A program made the position numbers and the translations under genes. A DNA stretch of 64,000 nucleotides from contig NC_086108.1 in NCBI RefSeq assembly GCF_963921235.1, positions 116,066,001 to 116,130,000 on the forward strand. The letters are read 5' to 3'. This DNA is from Mobula hypostoma (lineage: Eukaryota). This document shows positions 11,341-22,384 of the stretch, piece by piece (the stretch's first letter is position 1; every line of letters starts with the position of its first letter). The notes beneath the pieces were generated by a model. The model had not been told where the DNA came from, did not search any database, and was given only the letters and a program-made list of their open reading frames with translations.

Positions 11341-12593
11341 GAATCTACGACTATGATATTCAAGCAAATTCCCAGGTGCCGGCGTGAGGCTACAGGGCAA
11401 TAGTTCCCTCTCTCTCGACTTCAATGATGGGACCCCACTCGCTACCCTCCAGCCCACGGGAACCATCCCTGTAGAATTAGTTTGAAGACATCGGAGAATT
11501 CACTGTACACCGTCACCTCGATCAAACTCCGGCGTGTATATCATCAGATCCCTGGGATTTATTGGCATGTAGACTAATTTACTTCTCCGGCGGTATCTTT
11601 TTTTTACCAGCACTGATCTCATTTATTCGCTCACTTACACCAGACACTCGGGTGTCCGCTGTTTCAGGGAGAGGCTGGCTCTTTGTCTGAGAAGACGGTA
11701 ATTGTTTAATCCCCCTGCCATCGCTTTAGGCCTGTTGTCATTCCCCTGCCGCTATCAGGAAAGGGGATACGTTTACTCTGTCTAATCATTTCCTTCTTAC
11801 AGCCAACTGAACCCCTTAAAGAGTCTGTTCTTATCGTTGTCACCAGTCTTTGTTTTATCATTTTATTAGTCACTGTCGCCGAGTTTCCGGTCTTTATTTT
11901 ATATGTAAAGTAATTTCTCCTGGAATCGGGGAAGGGGCACTCTCCCTGCTGTGTGCCTGTGCCTTTGAAGATTGGGTTATAGCTGGACACTGCCGTTCCG
12001 TCACAGCCCTCAGTGTAATTTCCCGACCTTCGTCACACACTTTCCTTTGTTTAAATTCAAAACCCTGATTTCAGTTTGAACCACATCACTTTTAAACTTA
12101 TTGTGAAATTCCTCCATATTACAGTCGCTCTTTTCCAAGCAGGAAATTAATTTACTCTGTAGTTAGACCTAAACTCTCTTGATGGTCCCGGATGATTCCG
12201 AAGATTTAAGTGGAGACTGTTCCTTCTCCAGAGCAGGTGGCCAATCTGTCCCTCTTTACAGAAGGTTACCTAGGACACAAGGCTGATGCACCAGTCCCCC
12301 GTGTCCAGGGCTCACAGTGAGTTATCCCACAGGTGCCCGGGACATTTGCCAGGGCCGACATCAAATGAGAAGACAAAACTCGGGTCCTCCGCTGTAGAAA
12401 ATGCAGAGTGACTTTAGTTCGCGTTCTAGAATATGAATAATTCATCCCTGTCTCAGCGGACACTCCGTGCCTGAGTGCAGGGAACCGAGTGTGTTGGTGA
12501 TTCACCGGCCCTGTCACCCAGAGTCGCAGCGGCAGCGGTTCCATTCCCAGCCCATCCCCTCGGAACGTCCGTCCAGTCGGTCCGATTGTTCCA

Positions 12594-12709
12594 GCCCAGT
12601 CCGGGGCTGCTGAACACTCATTCCTACCGGCGAGGTCTGGGGTAAATACTTGCCCAGTCCGGGGCTGTTGAACACCCACTCCCATCGGCGAGGTCTGGGG
12701 TAAATATTA
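12594..12709. repeat. 58-bp tandem duplication (2 copies plus a partial third)
   Basis: gcccagtccggggctg(c/t)tgaacac...ggcgaggtctggggtaaata starts at 12594 and 12652. Confidence 0.9.
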
Positions 12710-13194
12710 GCACAGCCGGGTTTTGAAATGTGTCTGGAAAATATCTATCTGTCTATTATTTTATAAAAATGTATTATTCATATGACTAGTATGTGTGGGT
12801 GTGGAATCAGTTTATACGTTTTTATAGGAATGTGTAAACTGGTATTTCTGTGCGCGTCTGACCTGATATTTGTGTATATAATATTAAAGTACCTGGATTT
12901 AGATATTAAATATGTGCATTTATGGACGATGTGGATTTAGGTGTTAGAGGGCAGCATTTCAAAGTGTGCAGTTGGCACAAAATTGTCACTGTGATGAACA
13001 GGGCGAGTGGCGGTGACAGACCGTGCGAGTAGATCGATGGACGGGGTCAGCACCGAGAAGTGTGCAGTGATACACTTTGATTAAGGTGCAGAGCTTTAAT
13101 AAAAAGTGCAGAACACCATGAACAGAGGCAATCAGAATGCACGGGTGGGAAAGTTATTAATGCAGAGTCTGGTTTCCAGGAACAGGGGGCACTC

Positions 13195-13760
13195 CGAGGC
13201 CCCTCTGTTAGTCGGATTCGACCATGGATGTTGAGTCCCAGTTGTTTACATGGCAGTATGATATGGAGAGCGACCTGTTGCCCATGCAGCGGCGCCCCTT
13301 ACGCACCTGATGAATCGAAAGGAAGAGCAGACAATGATACAGTCTGGCACCAGCGGCGTCGCAGGAGTTGCCAGTCAGTGTTGACTCAAGACGGCCTTAC
13401 AGACTCCAGATCCGGATTTTTCCTCGGATTTACCCCTGAAGCCTTCCCCATGAGTGGGTGTAGCCACAAGGCAGTGGATATTTGAGATCAGAGTTTTCCT
13501 TCTTCTGGATGAGCTGCCAACCACAGCTGATGAGCCCCATCTCCCGAAGCGACTGGTTTTAAGGCGCCAGCAACCCGCCTTCGCTCCTTCTTCGATCGGT
13601 GGAAACGGTTCCGCCAGGATTAATAGCCCAAGCCACACGTGAAGGACAGGAGCTGGACCTGGTTGTCGAGATTATTTGAGACGGACGCCATTAGAAGTAT
13701 TTAACAGGTAGCGGGAAATTTTTCCCATTATGTCTCCCTACCCCGGCCATGACAACCAGG
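13195..13760 (-). mobile_element. RTE-type non-LTR retrotransposon 5' region
   Basis: The minus strand contains ggggctcatcagctgtggttggcagctcatccagaagaaggaaaactctga, resembling RTE 5'UTR consensus motifs as I recall them. The segment is CpG-richer than its flanks and abuts a CR1 fragment. Confidence 0.6.
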
Positions 13761-14035
13761 GGCACAGCCTCAGAACAGAGGAACATCCATTTAGAACAGA
13801 TGAGAAGAAATTTCTTTATCCAGGGGCTGGTGAATCTGTGGGTTTCATTGCCGCAGACGGTAGTGGAGGCCAAGCCATTGCTTACATTTAAAGTGAAGGT
13901 TAATAAATTCTTGATTAATCAGGGTCTCAAAGGTTACATGGAAAAGGCAGGAGAATGAGAGGGAAAGTAAATCAGCCACGAATGAAAAGTGGAATATATG
14001 CAATGGGCCAATAGCCTAATTCTGCTCCTATCTCT
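13760..14035 (+). mobile_element. CR1-type LINE 3' end
   Basis: ORF 13749-13958 (MRRNFFIQGLVNLWVSLPQTVVEA) followed by the 3' UTR motif gcctaattctgctcctat. Confidence 0.8.
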
Positions 14036-14220
14036 TCTTTTTTCTGCTTCTTATGATATAGCACTCTTATGGTAAAGAAATCTTCTCTCAGATATAGCAC
14101 TGCTATGTTTGAGAGGCACCGAGACAGCCACTTAAATAGGTAAGGCATAGAAGGGTGTGGTCCTAACTCAGGCAGATAGGATTAATGAAGATGGGCAGAA
14201 GGGGTCAGCATGAACTCAAT

Positions 14221-15340
14221 GGTCATAAGGTGATGGCTGGGAACAGACCCAAGTGCAAGACACAGACACTGAAGTACTAGGGACAGGACTAGGATACAGG
14301 GTGAGGGCAAGAACATGGACACAAAAACCGGGAACCCAGAACAGGACTGGACAAGAGAGCTAGGAGCCCAGGGTTGGACTCCAAGCCAGAGACTGGACAA
14401 GGACTCAGAATCTGGGTCTTGCCTCTGGCTCGGACCCCAGGACTAGGCAAGGACGTGACCTGGCTGGCAGGCAGGACAAGGCTGGAGTCTTCAGACTTGA
14501 GGCGAGGCTAGAAACTTACAGCTTGGGGTCTTGAAGCTTGGCTTGGGGCACGGCTCGAGGCTTGGGGTCTTGAAGCTGGACTTGGGGTGTGGCTCCAGGC
14601 TTGGTGTCTTGCAGCTCCTCCTGGGCAGGGCACGGCACTCCTGGGCAGGGCACGGATCACCTGGGCAGGGCGTGGATCTCCACCCGATGGAGGCAAGGGA
14701 CAGGAAGGGACAAAACCAACCGCAGGGTAACGACAAGATGGCCTGACTTACCTGACGGAGGCTAGGGACAGGAAGGGACAGAACCAACCGCAGGGTAACG
14801 GCAAGATGGCCTGACTTACCCGATGGAGGCTAGGGACAGGAAGGGGCAGAACCAACTGCAGGGTAATGGGAAGATGGCCTGACTTAGCCGATGGAGACAA
14901 GGATCAGGAAGGGACAGAACCAACTGCAGGGTAATGGCAAGACGGCCTGACTTACCTGGCAGAGGCATGGGACAGGAAGGGAGCTAGGAACAAGGTGGCT
15001 CCAGGACAAGACTTCGGGCGAGACGAGGTGAGAGTTACCAGCAAGACAAGGCAAGGCAAGACAAGAACTTCAGGTGAAGCGAGAGTTACCAGCAAAGCAA
15101 GGCAAGCTCCAGGCCAGGAAACAGAAGGCAGGGGAAGGGAAACAAGGAGTAAGGATGAGAACAATCCAGCAGCCACGCCCTGGTCTCTGAAGGTATATAT
15201 GCAGCCAGCCCCAACGAGAATCAGCTGCCTTAATTAGTGCTTAACAGGAACAGAAACAGAGTAGACAGGAAAACCTGAAACAAGGGTCGATGAACCGGAC
15301 CGTGAACCGGAATGCGGACTTCACGGACCGGACCATGACA
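14221..15340 (-). mobile_element. Solo-LTR-like element, copy 1, with 5-bp TSD
   Basis: Ends (g)gtcat...atgaca, flanked by TCAAT at 14216-14220 and 15341-15345. Its termini are homologous to 26031-27237 in opposite orientation. Strand is given relative to that copy. Confidence 0.85.
14680..14975. repeat. About 68-bp internal tandem repeat (about 4 copies) within the LTR-like element
   Basis: gggacaggaagggacagaaccaaccgcagggtaacggcaagatggcctgacttacc recurs at about 14697, 14765, 14833 and 14901. Confidence 0.9.
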
Positions 15341-15689
15341 TCAATGGTCCTAAGGGCCTGTTTCTATGACTGTGCCTCTGTAACACAGAATGTGAGAGCA
15401 AGACATAAGGAAATGATCATCTGATTGAGCAAGTTCAACCTGGATTTATGGTGTGGAAGCTATGTTTGATGTTCTTTGAGGATATTATTGTGGATGAGGA
15501 CATGCGTATGGATTTTCTGAAAGCTTTCACTGAGGTCCCACACAGGATGCTGGTGATTGTGGTTAGAGCACACAGGGAATTCATCCCCTCCGTCAAGTTG
15601 CTGCTATCAATTGTGAATGGCTGGGGCCTGATCTCAGTAGTTATCCACTGGTCACTACCAACCAAACTGAGAATGACTGTTTAAGGCAT

Positions 15690-16290
15690 TCTGGCCCCCT
15701 GAAAGTGGCTACACAAGTTGGTAGGGTAGTTAAGAAGGCATACAAATGTTTACCTTTATTAGTCAAGACCTTTATAAAACTCTAGCTAGGCCAAACCTGG
15801 AGTATTTCAAACAGCTGATGATGCAGAGGAGGTTCATCAGGATGCTGCCTGGATTAGACAGCGTTATACAAACGAGAAGTTATACAAACTTGATTGTTTC
15901 TCTGAGGTGCAGGGGGCTGAGGGGAGATCTGACAGAGGTTTATTAAGATTATGAGAGGCATAGGTAGAGTTGACGGACAGTATTTCTTTTTTCCCTGAGG
16001 TTGAAATGTGTAATACCAGCAGGTATGCAATTAAGGTGAGGGGGGTAATTTCAAAGGAGATGAGGGAGGCAAGTATTTTTTTTACACAGATTGTTGTGGG
16101 TGCCTGCAATGCACTGGTGGAGGTCAATATGATAGAGGTGATTAAGATGCTCATTAAGTGCATGAGTGTGAGGAAGTGGAAAGATATGAACATTGTGTCG
16201 GCAGAAGGGAATAGTTTAGATGAGCATTTGATTAGTTTGGCACAGCATTGTGGGCTGAAGGATCTGTTCTTGTGTTGTACTGTACTGTAT
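15690..16290 (+). mobile_element. CR1-type LINE RT C-terminal fragment
   Basis: ORF 15746-15946 (LYKTLARPNLEY...QRRFIRMLPGL...LRGDLTEVY), with a 3' UTR ending gggctgaaggatctgttcttgtgttgtactg. Confidence 0.75.
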
Positions 16291-17454
16291 TCTCAGTCTC
16301 GCTGGTTCATTATGTTCAAACTAAATTTATTATCAAAATACATTTATTTCACCATGTACTACACCGAGATTCAGTTTCTTGCAGGCATTCACAGTAAATA
16401 CAGAGAATCAGAGTAGAATCAATGGAAAACCACACCTGACAATGCGGACCAACAAGCAATGTGCAAAAGATCACAGATTGTGCAAATATAAAAAGAAAAT
16501 GAAAATAATAACAGTAGAGAAGGAAGTAATAAATAATATTAAGAACATCATTTGTAGAGACCTTGAAAGTGGGTTCATATGTTGTGGAATCGGTTCAGTG
16601 TTGGGGTGAATGAAGTTATCCACGTTGGTTCAGGAGCCTGATGGTTGAAGGGTTGAAAGGTGCGAACCAATTCCCTGTGTGCTCTAACCACAATCACCAG
16701 CATCCTGTGTGGGACCTTAGCGAATGCTTTCTGAAAATCCATACACACGTCCTCATCTACAATAATATCCTCAAAGAACATCAATAGATTAGTCGAACAT
16801 GACTTCCCTGTCATAAATCCAGGTTGACCTTGCACAATCAGATTATTATTTCTCTATGTCTTGTTCTCATATTATTTATTACAGAGACACGTGGTCAGAG
16901 AGTCATGACAGAGAGACAAGCCCTTCTGCCCATCACCTCCTGTGTTTGCAGATGACACTGAACCAGGTGGGAATGTGAGGGGCAACGAGGATGTCCAGAG
17001 GATTCATGGGGATGCGGATAAACTGAGAGATTGGACAGATAGACTAGAGTGTGGGATGGTGTGCAATTATCCACTTCACTGGGGGAGAGAGGAGACAAAG
17101 CAATTACTTGTGAAATGACCAGAGATTAGAATGTGTTGAAATTCAAAAGGTCTGGGTGCCTTTATACGTACCAGATCTTGAATGTCAATATGCAAATACA
17201 GATAGGACTTAGAAAAGCAAATGGTGTTTATTGTCAGAAGAATTGTGTAAGATGCCTTTTTATACAAACTTACTGAGATCACACACTCAACATGGAACAG
17301 CACAACAACTGATCCTTCAACCCATGAAGTGTGTGTCACACATGGTGCCAAATGAAACTAATCTTTACTGCCGGTATGTGATCCATATGCTCCTTTCCTG
17401 TACATCTATGTGTCTGTCCAACAGCCTGTAAAACATCACTATCACATCAGCTTC

Positions 17455-18196
17455 TACCACCACCCCTGGCAGCATATTCCCAACAGCCACCACTGGCAGC
17501 ATATTCCCAGCAGCCACCACCTGCAGCATATTCCCAGCAGCCACCACCTGCAGCATAATCCCAGCAGCCACCACCTGCAGCATATTCCCAGCAGCCACCC
17601 CTAGAAGCATATTCCCAACAGCCACCACTGGCAGCATATTCCCAGCAGCCACCCCTAGAAGCATATTCCCAGCAGCAACCACCTGCAGCATAATCCCAGC
17701 AGCCACTACTTGGCAGCATATTCCCAGCAGCCACCACCTGCAGCATATTCCCAGCAGCCACCACCTAGCAGCATATTCCCAGCAGCCACCACCTGCAGCA
17801 TATTCCCAGCAGCCACCACATGCAGCATATTCCCAGCAGCCACCACATGCAGCATATTCCCAGCAGCCACCACCTGCAGCATATTCCCAGCAGCCACCAC
17901 CTGCAGCATATTCCCAGCAGCAACCACCTGCAGCATATTCCCAGCAGCCTCCACCTGCAGCATATTCACAACAGCCACCACCTGCAGCATATTCACAGCA
18001 GCCACCACATGCAGCCTATCCCCAGCAGCCACCACCTGCAGCATATTCCCAACAGCCACCATCTGCAGCATATTCCCAGCAGCCACCACCTGCAGCATAT
18101 TCCCAGCAGCCACCCCTAGCAGCATATTCCCAGCAGCCACCACCTGCAGCATATTTCCAGCAGCCACCACCTGCAGCATATTCCCAGCAGCCACCA
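17455..18196. repeat. 27-bp minisatellite, about 27 copies
   Basis: Unit cagcatattcccagcagccaccacctg. It produces the 9-aa periodic ORFs (MLQVVAAGN and others) on both strands. Confidence 0.97.
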
Positions 18197-18954
18197 TTCT
18201 ATGTAAACAAACATGCCACAGACATCTCTTTTAAACTTTTCCCCTCTCACCTTAAAGTAATGCCCTCTGGTATTTGACATTTTTACACTGGTTGAAAAAG
18301 ACTCTGTCTACTCTATCTATGCCTCCATTAATTTTATAAATCACAATCACATCTCCCCTCAGCCCTTCCTCCCGGGCGTACAACCCAAGTTTGTCCTCTG
18401 TCTGCTGTAGATCATGTCCTCTAGTTCAGGCAGCATCCTGGTAAAACTGGAGTTCTCTGTTTAGTGGTCTGTTTGAGGATTAAGGATTAACCTTATTCAC
18501 TCTGTGCATTCACGTGCGTTAGGAATTTGCTGGCTGGGGTGTGTCATAGGATAGAACAATGTGAAGATTGACTGGATCACTTTCTGCAAATACAGACCTG
18601 TCAGGCGAGGAGAGATTGAGAGGACCAGGAGTCAGGTCCAGATACTTCAGGGTTTGGGAAACGGAGAGCGGACCGATGGAAGGATATGAAGCTGTGGAAA
18701 CTGTGAACAGGTAAATACAGGAATGTTTTCCCCATGAGTGAGGAGTCACTGACTGTAAGACACAGGAACAGAATGCTAGGCCACCTGGCCCAACGACTCT
18801 GCCCTGCAGTCCCTACATGGCTGCTACATTACCACTCTCAACATCCTCCTCCTGCCTCCTCCCAGTAACCTCAGACTCACAATCACTGGCTGGCTTTTGC
18901 TGATTACAATGGGGAGAAGTTCTTTCAGTTACATGATGATTGTTGGAATTATTA

Positions 18955-19961
18955 CATAGAAACATAGAAAAACTACAGCACAATACAGGCCTTTTGGCCA
19001 ACAAAGCTGTGCAGAACATGTACGTACTTTAGAAATTACCTAGGGTTACCCATAACCCTCTATATTTCTAAGCTCCATGTACCAGGAGTCTCTTAAAAGA
19101 CCCTATCATATCCACTTCCACCACTGTCGCCGGCAGCCCATTCCACGCACTCACCATTCTCTGAGTAAAAAATCTTACCCCTGACATCTTCTCTGTACCT
19201 ACTTCCAAGCACCTTAAAACTCTGCCCTCTCATGTTAGCCACTTCAGCCGTGGGAAAAAGCCTCTGACTATCCACATGATCAATGCCTCTGATCATCTTA
19301 TACACCTCTATCAGGTCACCTCTCATCCTCTGTCGTCTCCAAGGAGAAAAGGCCAAGTTCACTCAACCTATTCTCATAAGGCATGCTCCCCAATCCAGGC
19401 AACATCCTTATAAATCTCCTCTGCACCCTTTCTATGGTTTCCACATCCTTCCTGTAGTGAGGTGACCAGAAATGAGCACAGTACTCCAACTGGGGTCCGA
19501 CCAAGGTCCTATATATCTGCAACATTATCTCTTGGCTCTTAAACTCAATCCCACGATTGATGAAGGCCAATGTGCTGTATGCCTTCTTAACCACAGAGTC
19601 AACCTGCGCTGCAGCTTTGAGTGTCCTATGGACTCGGACCCCAAGATCCCTCTGATCCTCCACACTGTCAAGAGGCTTACCATTAATATTATATTCTGCC
19701 ATCATATTTCACCTACCAAAATGAACCACCTCACACTTATCTGTGATGAATTCCATCTGCCACTTCTCAGCCTAGTTTTGCATCCTATCAATGTCCCGCC
19801 GTAACCTCTGACAGCCCTCCCCACTGTACACAACACCCCTAACCTTTGTTAGCAGATTTACTAACCCATTCCTCCACTTCCTCATCCAGGTCATTTATAA
19901 AAATCATGAAGAGAAGGGGTCCCAGAACAGATCCTTGAGGCACACCACTGGTGACCGACCT
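18955..19961 (-). mobile_element. CR1-type LINE, 3' part (continues at 20971-21576)
   Basis: Tail catagaaacatagaaa. ORFs 19093-19362 and 19316-19705 (DLGVRVH...LEYCAHFWSPHY...ERVQRRFIRMLPGL), and [24 protein letters not shown] in 19839-20255. Confidence 0.9.
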
Positions 19962-20970
19962 CTCTTCTACAATCACTCTGAGCACTGGTGTCCCACAAGG
20001 CTGTGTACTCAGCCCCCTGCTGTACTCACTGTACACCCATGATTGTGTAGCCAAGTTTCTATCGAACTCAATATACAAGTTTGCTGATGACACAACAATT
20101 GTAGGCCGTATCTTGGGTAATGATGAGTTTGAGTACAGAGAGGAAATTAAGAACCTGGTGGCATGGTGCGAAGACAATAACCTATCCCTCAACGTCAGCA
20201 AGACGAAGGAATTGGTTGTTGACTTCAGAAAGAGTAGCGGACCACACAACCCCATTTACATCGGTGGTGCGCAAGTGGAACAGGTCAAAAGCTTTAAGTT
20301 CCTCGGGGTCAATATCCAACCAAGCAGAGTTCACTGCCAAGAAGGCCCACCAGCGCCTTTACTTCCTGAGAAAACTAAAGAAATTTGGCCTGTCCCCTAA
20401 AACTCTCACTAATTTTTATAGATGCACCGTAGAAAGCATTCTTCTAGGGTGCATCACAACCTGGTATGGAAGTTGTCCTGTCCAAGACTAGAAGAAGCTG
20501 CAGAAGATCGTGAACACGGCGCAGCATATCACACAAACCAATCTTCCGTCCGTGGACTCACTTTACACCGCACGCTGTCGGAGCAGTGCTGCCGGGATAA
20601 TCAAGGACACGACCCACCTAGCCAACAGACTTTTCATCCCTCTTCCCTCCGGGAGAAGGCTCAGGAGCTTGAAGACTCATACGGCCAGATTTGGGAACAG
20701 CTTCTTTCCAACTGTGATAAAACTGCTGAACGGATCCTGACCCCGATCTGGGTAGTACCCTAAAAATATCCGGACCTGCCTTTCAGTTTTTTTGCACTAC
20801 CTTACTTTCCATTTTTCTATTTTCTATTTATGATTTATAATTTAAATTTTTAATATTTACTATTGATTTGTAATCCAGGGAGCGGGAAGCGCAGAATCAA
20901 ATATCGCTGTGATGATTGTATGTTCTAGTATTAATTGTTTGGCAACAATAAATTATAAAGTATAAATTAT
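19962..20970 (+). mobile_element. Rex1/Babar-type LINE, 5'-truncated, nested in CR1
   Basis: RT motifs [22 protein letters not shown] and KFADDTT, then KKAHQRLYFLRKLKKF and LPSGRRLRS...FGNSFFP across a frameshift and a stop. 3' UTR and AT-rich tail aataaattataaagtataaa. Confidence 0.9.
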
Positions 20971-21576
20971 ACAGAACATGACCTGTCTACAAGCACTCTT
21001 TGCCTTCTGTGGGCAAGCTAGTTCTGGATCCACAATGCAAGGTCCCCTTCGATCCCATGCCTCCTTACTTTCTCAATAAGCTTTGCATGGGGTACCTTAT
21101 CAAATGCCTTGCTGAAATCCATATACACTACATCTACGGCTCTACCTTCATCAATGTGTTTAGTCACATCCTCAAAAACCCCTACAGGCTCGTAAGGCAC
21201 GACCTGCCTTTGACAAAGCCATGCTGACTATTCCTAATCATATTATGCCTCTCCAAATGTTCATAAATCCTGCCTCTCAGGACCTTCTCCATCAACTCAC
21301 CAACCACTGAAGTAAGACTCACTGGTCTATAATTTTCCTGGCTTATCTCTACTCCCTTTCTTGAATAAGGGAACAAACTCTGCAACCCTCCAATCCTCCG
21401 GAACCTTCCCTGTCCCCATTGATGATGCAAAAATCATCGCCAGAGGCTCATAAATCTCCTCTTTTGCCTCCCACAGTAGCCGGGAGTACATCTCATCCAG
21501 TCCCGGAGACTTATCCAACTTGATGCTTTCCAAATGCTCCAGTACATCCTCTTTCTTAATGCCTATATGCTCAAGC
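20971..21576 (-). mobile_element. CR1-type LINE RT N-terminal part (same element as 18955-19961)
   Basis: ORFs with VDVVYMDFSKAFDKVPH, NYRPVSLTSVVG...SQHGFVKGRSCLT and KSPGLDEMY...VPEDWRVAEFVPLFKKG. Confidence 0.9.
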
Positions 21577-21924
21577 TGTCACAATGGGGGGAACTGGGAA
21601 CGGACCCAAATGCAAGACACAGACACTTAAGTACTAGGAACAGGACTTGACTAGAGTAGGAACGTGACAGGATACAGACAAGGAGCAGGGACAAGTACGC
21701 AGACTTGGGCTAGGACATGGACTAGACAGGGAACCCGGACAAGGAACTATGAACTAGTAGACTGGGCTTGGGAAAGCGGGACCAGGACTAGGAACCATGA
21801 ACTAGGAGCCTGGGCTTGGAGTCCGAGCCAGAGACTGGACAAGGACCCAGAACCTGGGTGTTGCCTCAGGCTCAGACCCCAGAACTAGGCAAGGACATGA
21901 CATGGCTACAGGACAGGACGAGGC

Positions 21925-22195
21925 TTGGGGTTGCAGGTTGGGGTGTTGAGTCTTGAGGTTTGGGGCTGCAGGCTGGTGTCTTGGGTCTTGAGGTTTGGGA
22001 CTGGGGTCTTGGGTCTTGAGGCTTGAGGCTGGGGTCTTGGGTCTTGAGGCTTGAGGCTGGAGTCTTGAGGCTTGAGGCTGGGGTCTTGGGTCTTGAGGCT
22101 GGGGTTTTGGGTCTTGAGGCTGGGGTCTTGGGTCTTGGGTCTTGAGGCTTGAGGCTGGGGTCTTGGGTCTTGGGTCTTGAAGTTGGGGTCTTGGA
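21925..22195. repeat. G-rich 7/21-bp tandem repeat (gaggctggggtcttgggtctt) inside the LTR-like element
   Basis: Directly visible. It gives the periodic RPKTPAS ORF 21872-22258. Confidence 0.9.
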
Positions 22196-22384
22196 ATGCG
22201 GAGGCTGGTAACTCAGAGGCTGGAGCTCAGAGGCAGACTGGGAACTATACATCAACACAGAACCGGGACTTATCCTTCGAAAAGCCGGGACTCATCTTTA
22301 ACATGACCCTAACATGAGACTGGACAGTACATAGACATAGAGCCGGGACTTATCCTTAGACAAGCTGGGACTCAACGTAGAACA

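Noticed and set aside
13024..13045. REST/RE1-like site (gtcagcaccgagaag)
   Set aside because: Only the left half-site matches, and the GGACAG half is absent.
13304..13325. CTGATGA-atc-GAAA hammerhead-like core on + (also ctgatgagcccc...gaag at about 13527)
   Set aside because: Only 3 nt are available for stem II, and I found no stem I pairing around an NUH site. The second site lacks GAAA.
21925..22195. Resemblance of gaggctggggt repeats to immunoglobulin switch-mu repeats (GAGCT/GGGGT)
   Set aside because: The AGCT palindromes are lacking, the repeat lies inside an LTR-like element, and there are no Ig exons nearby.
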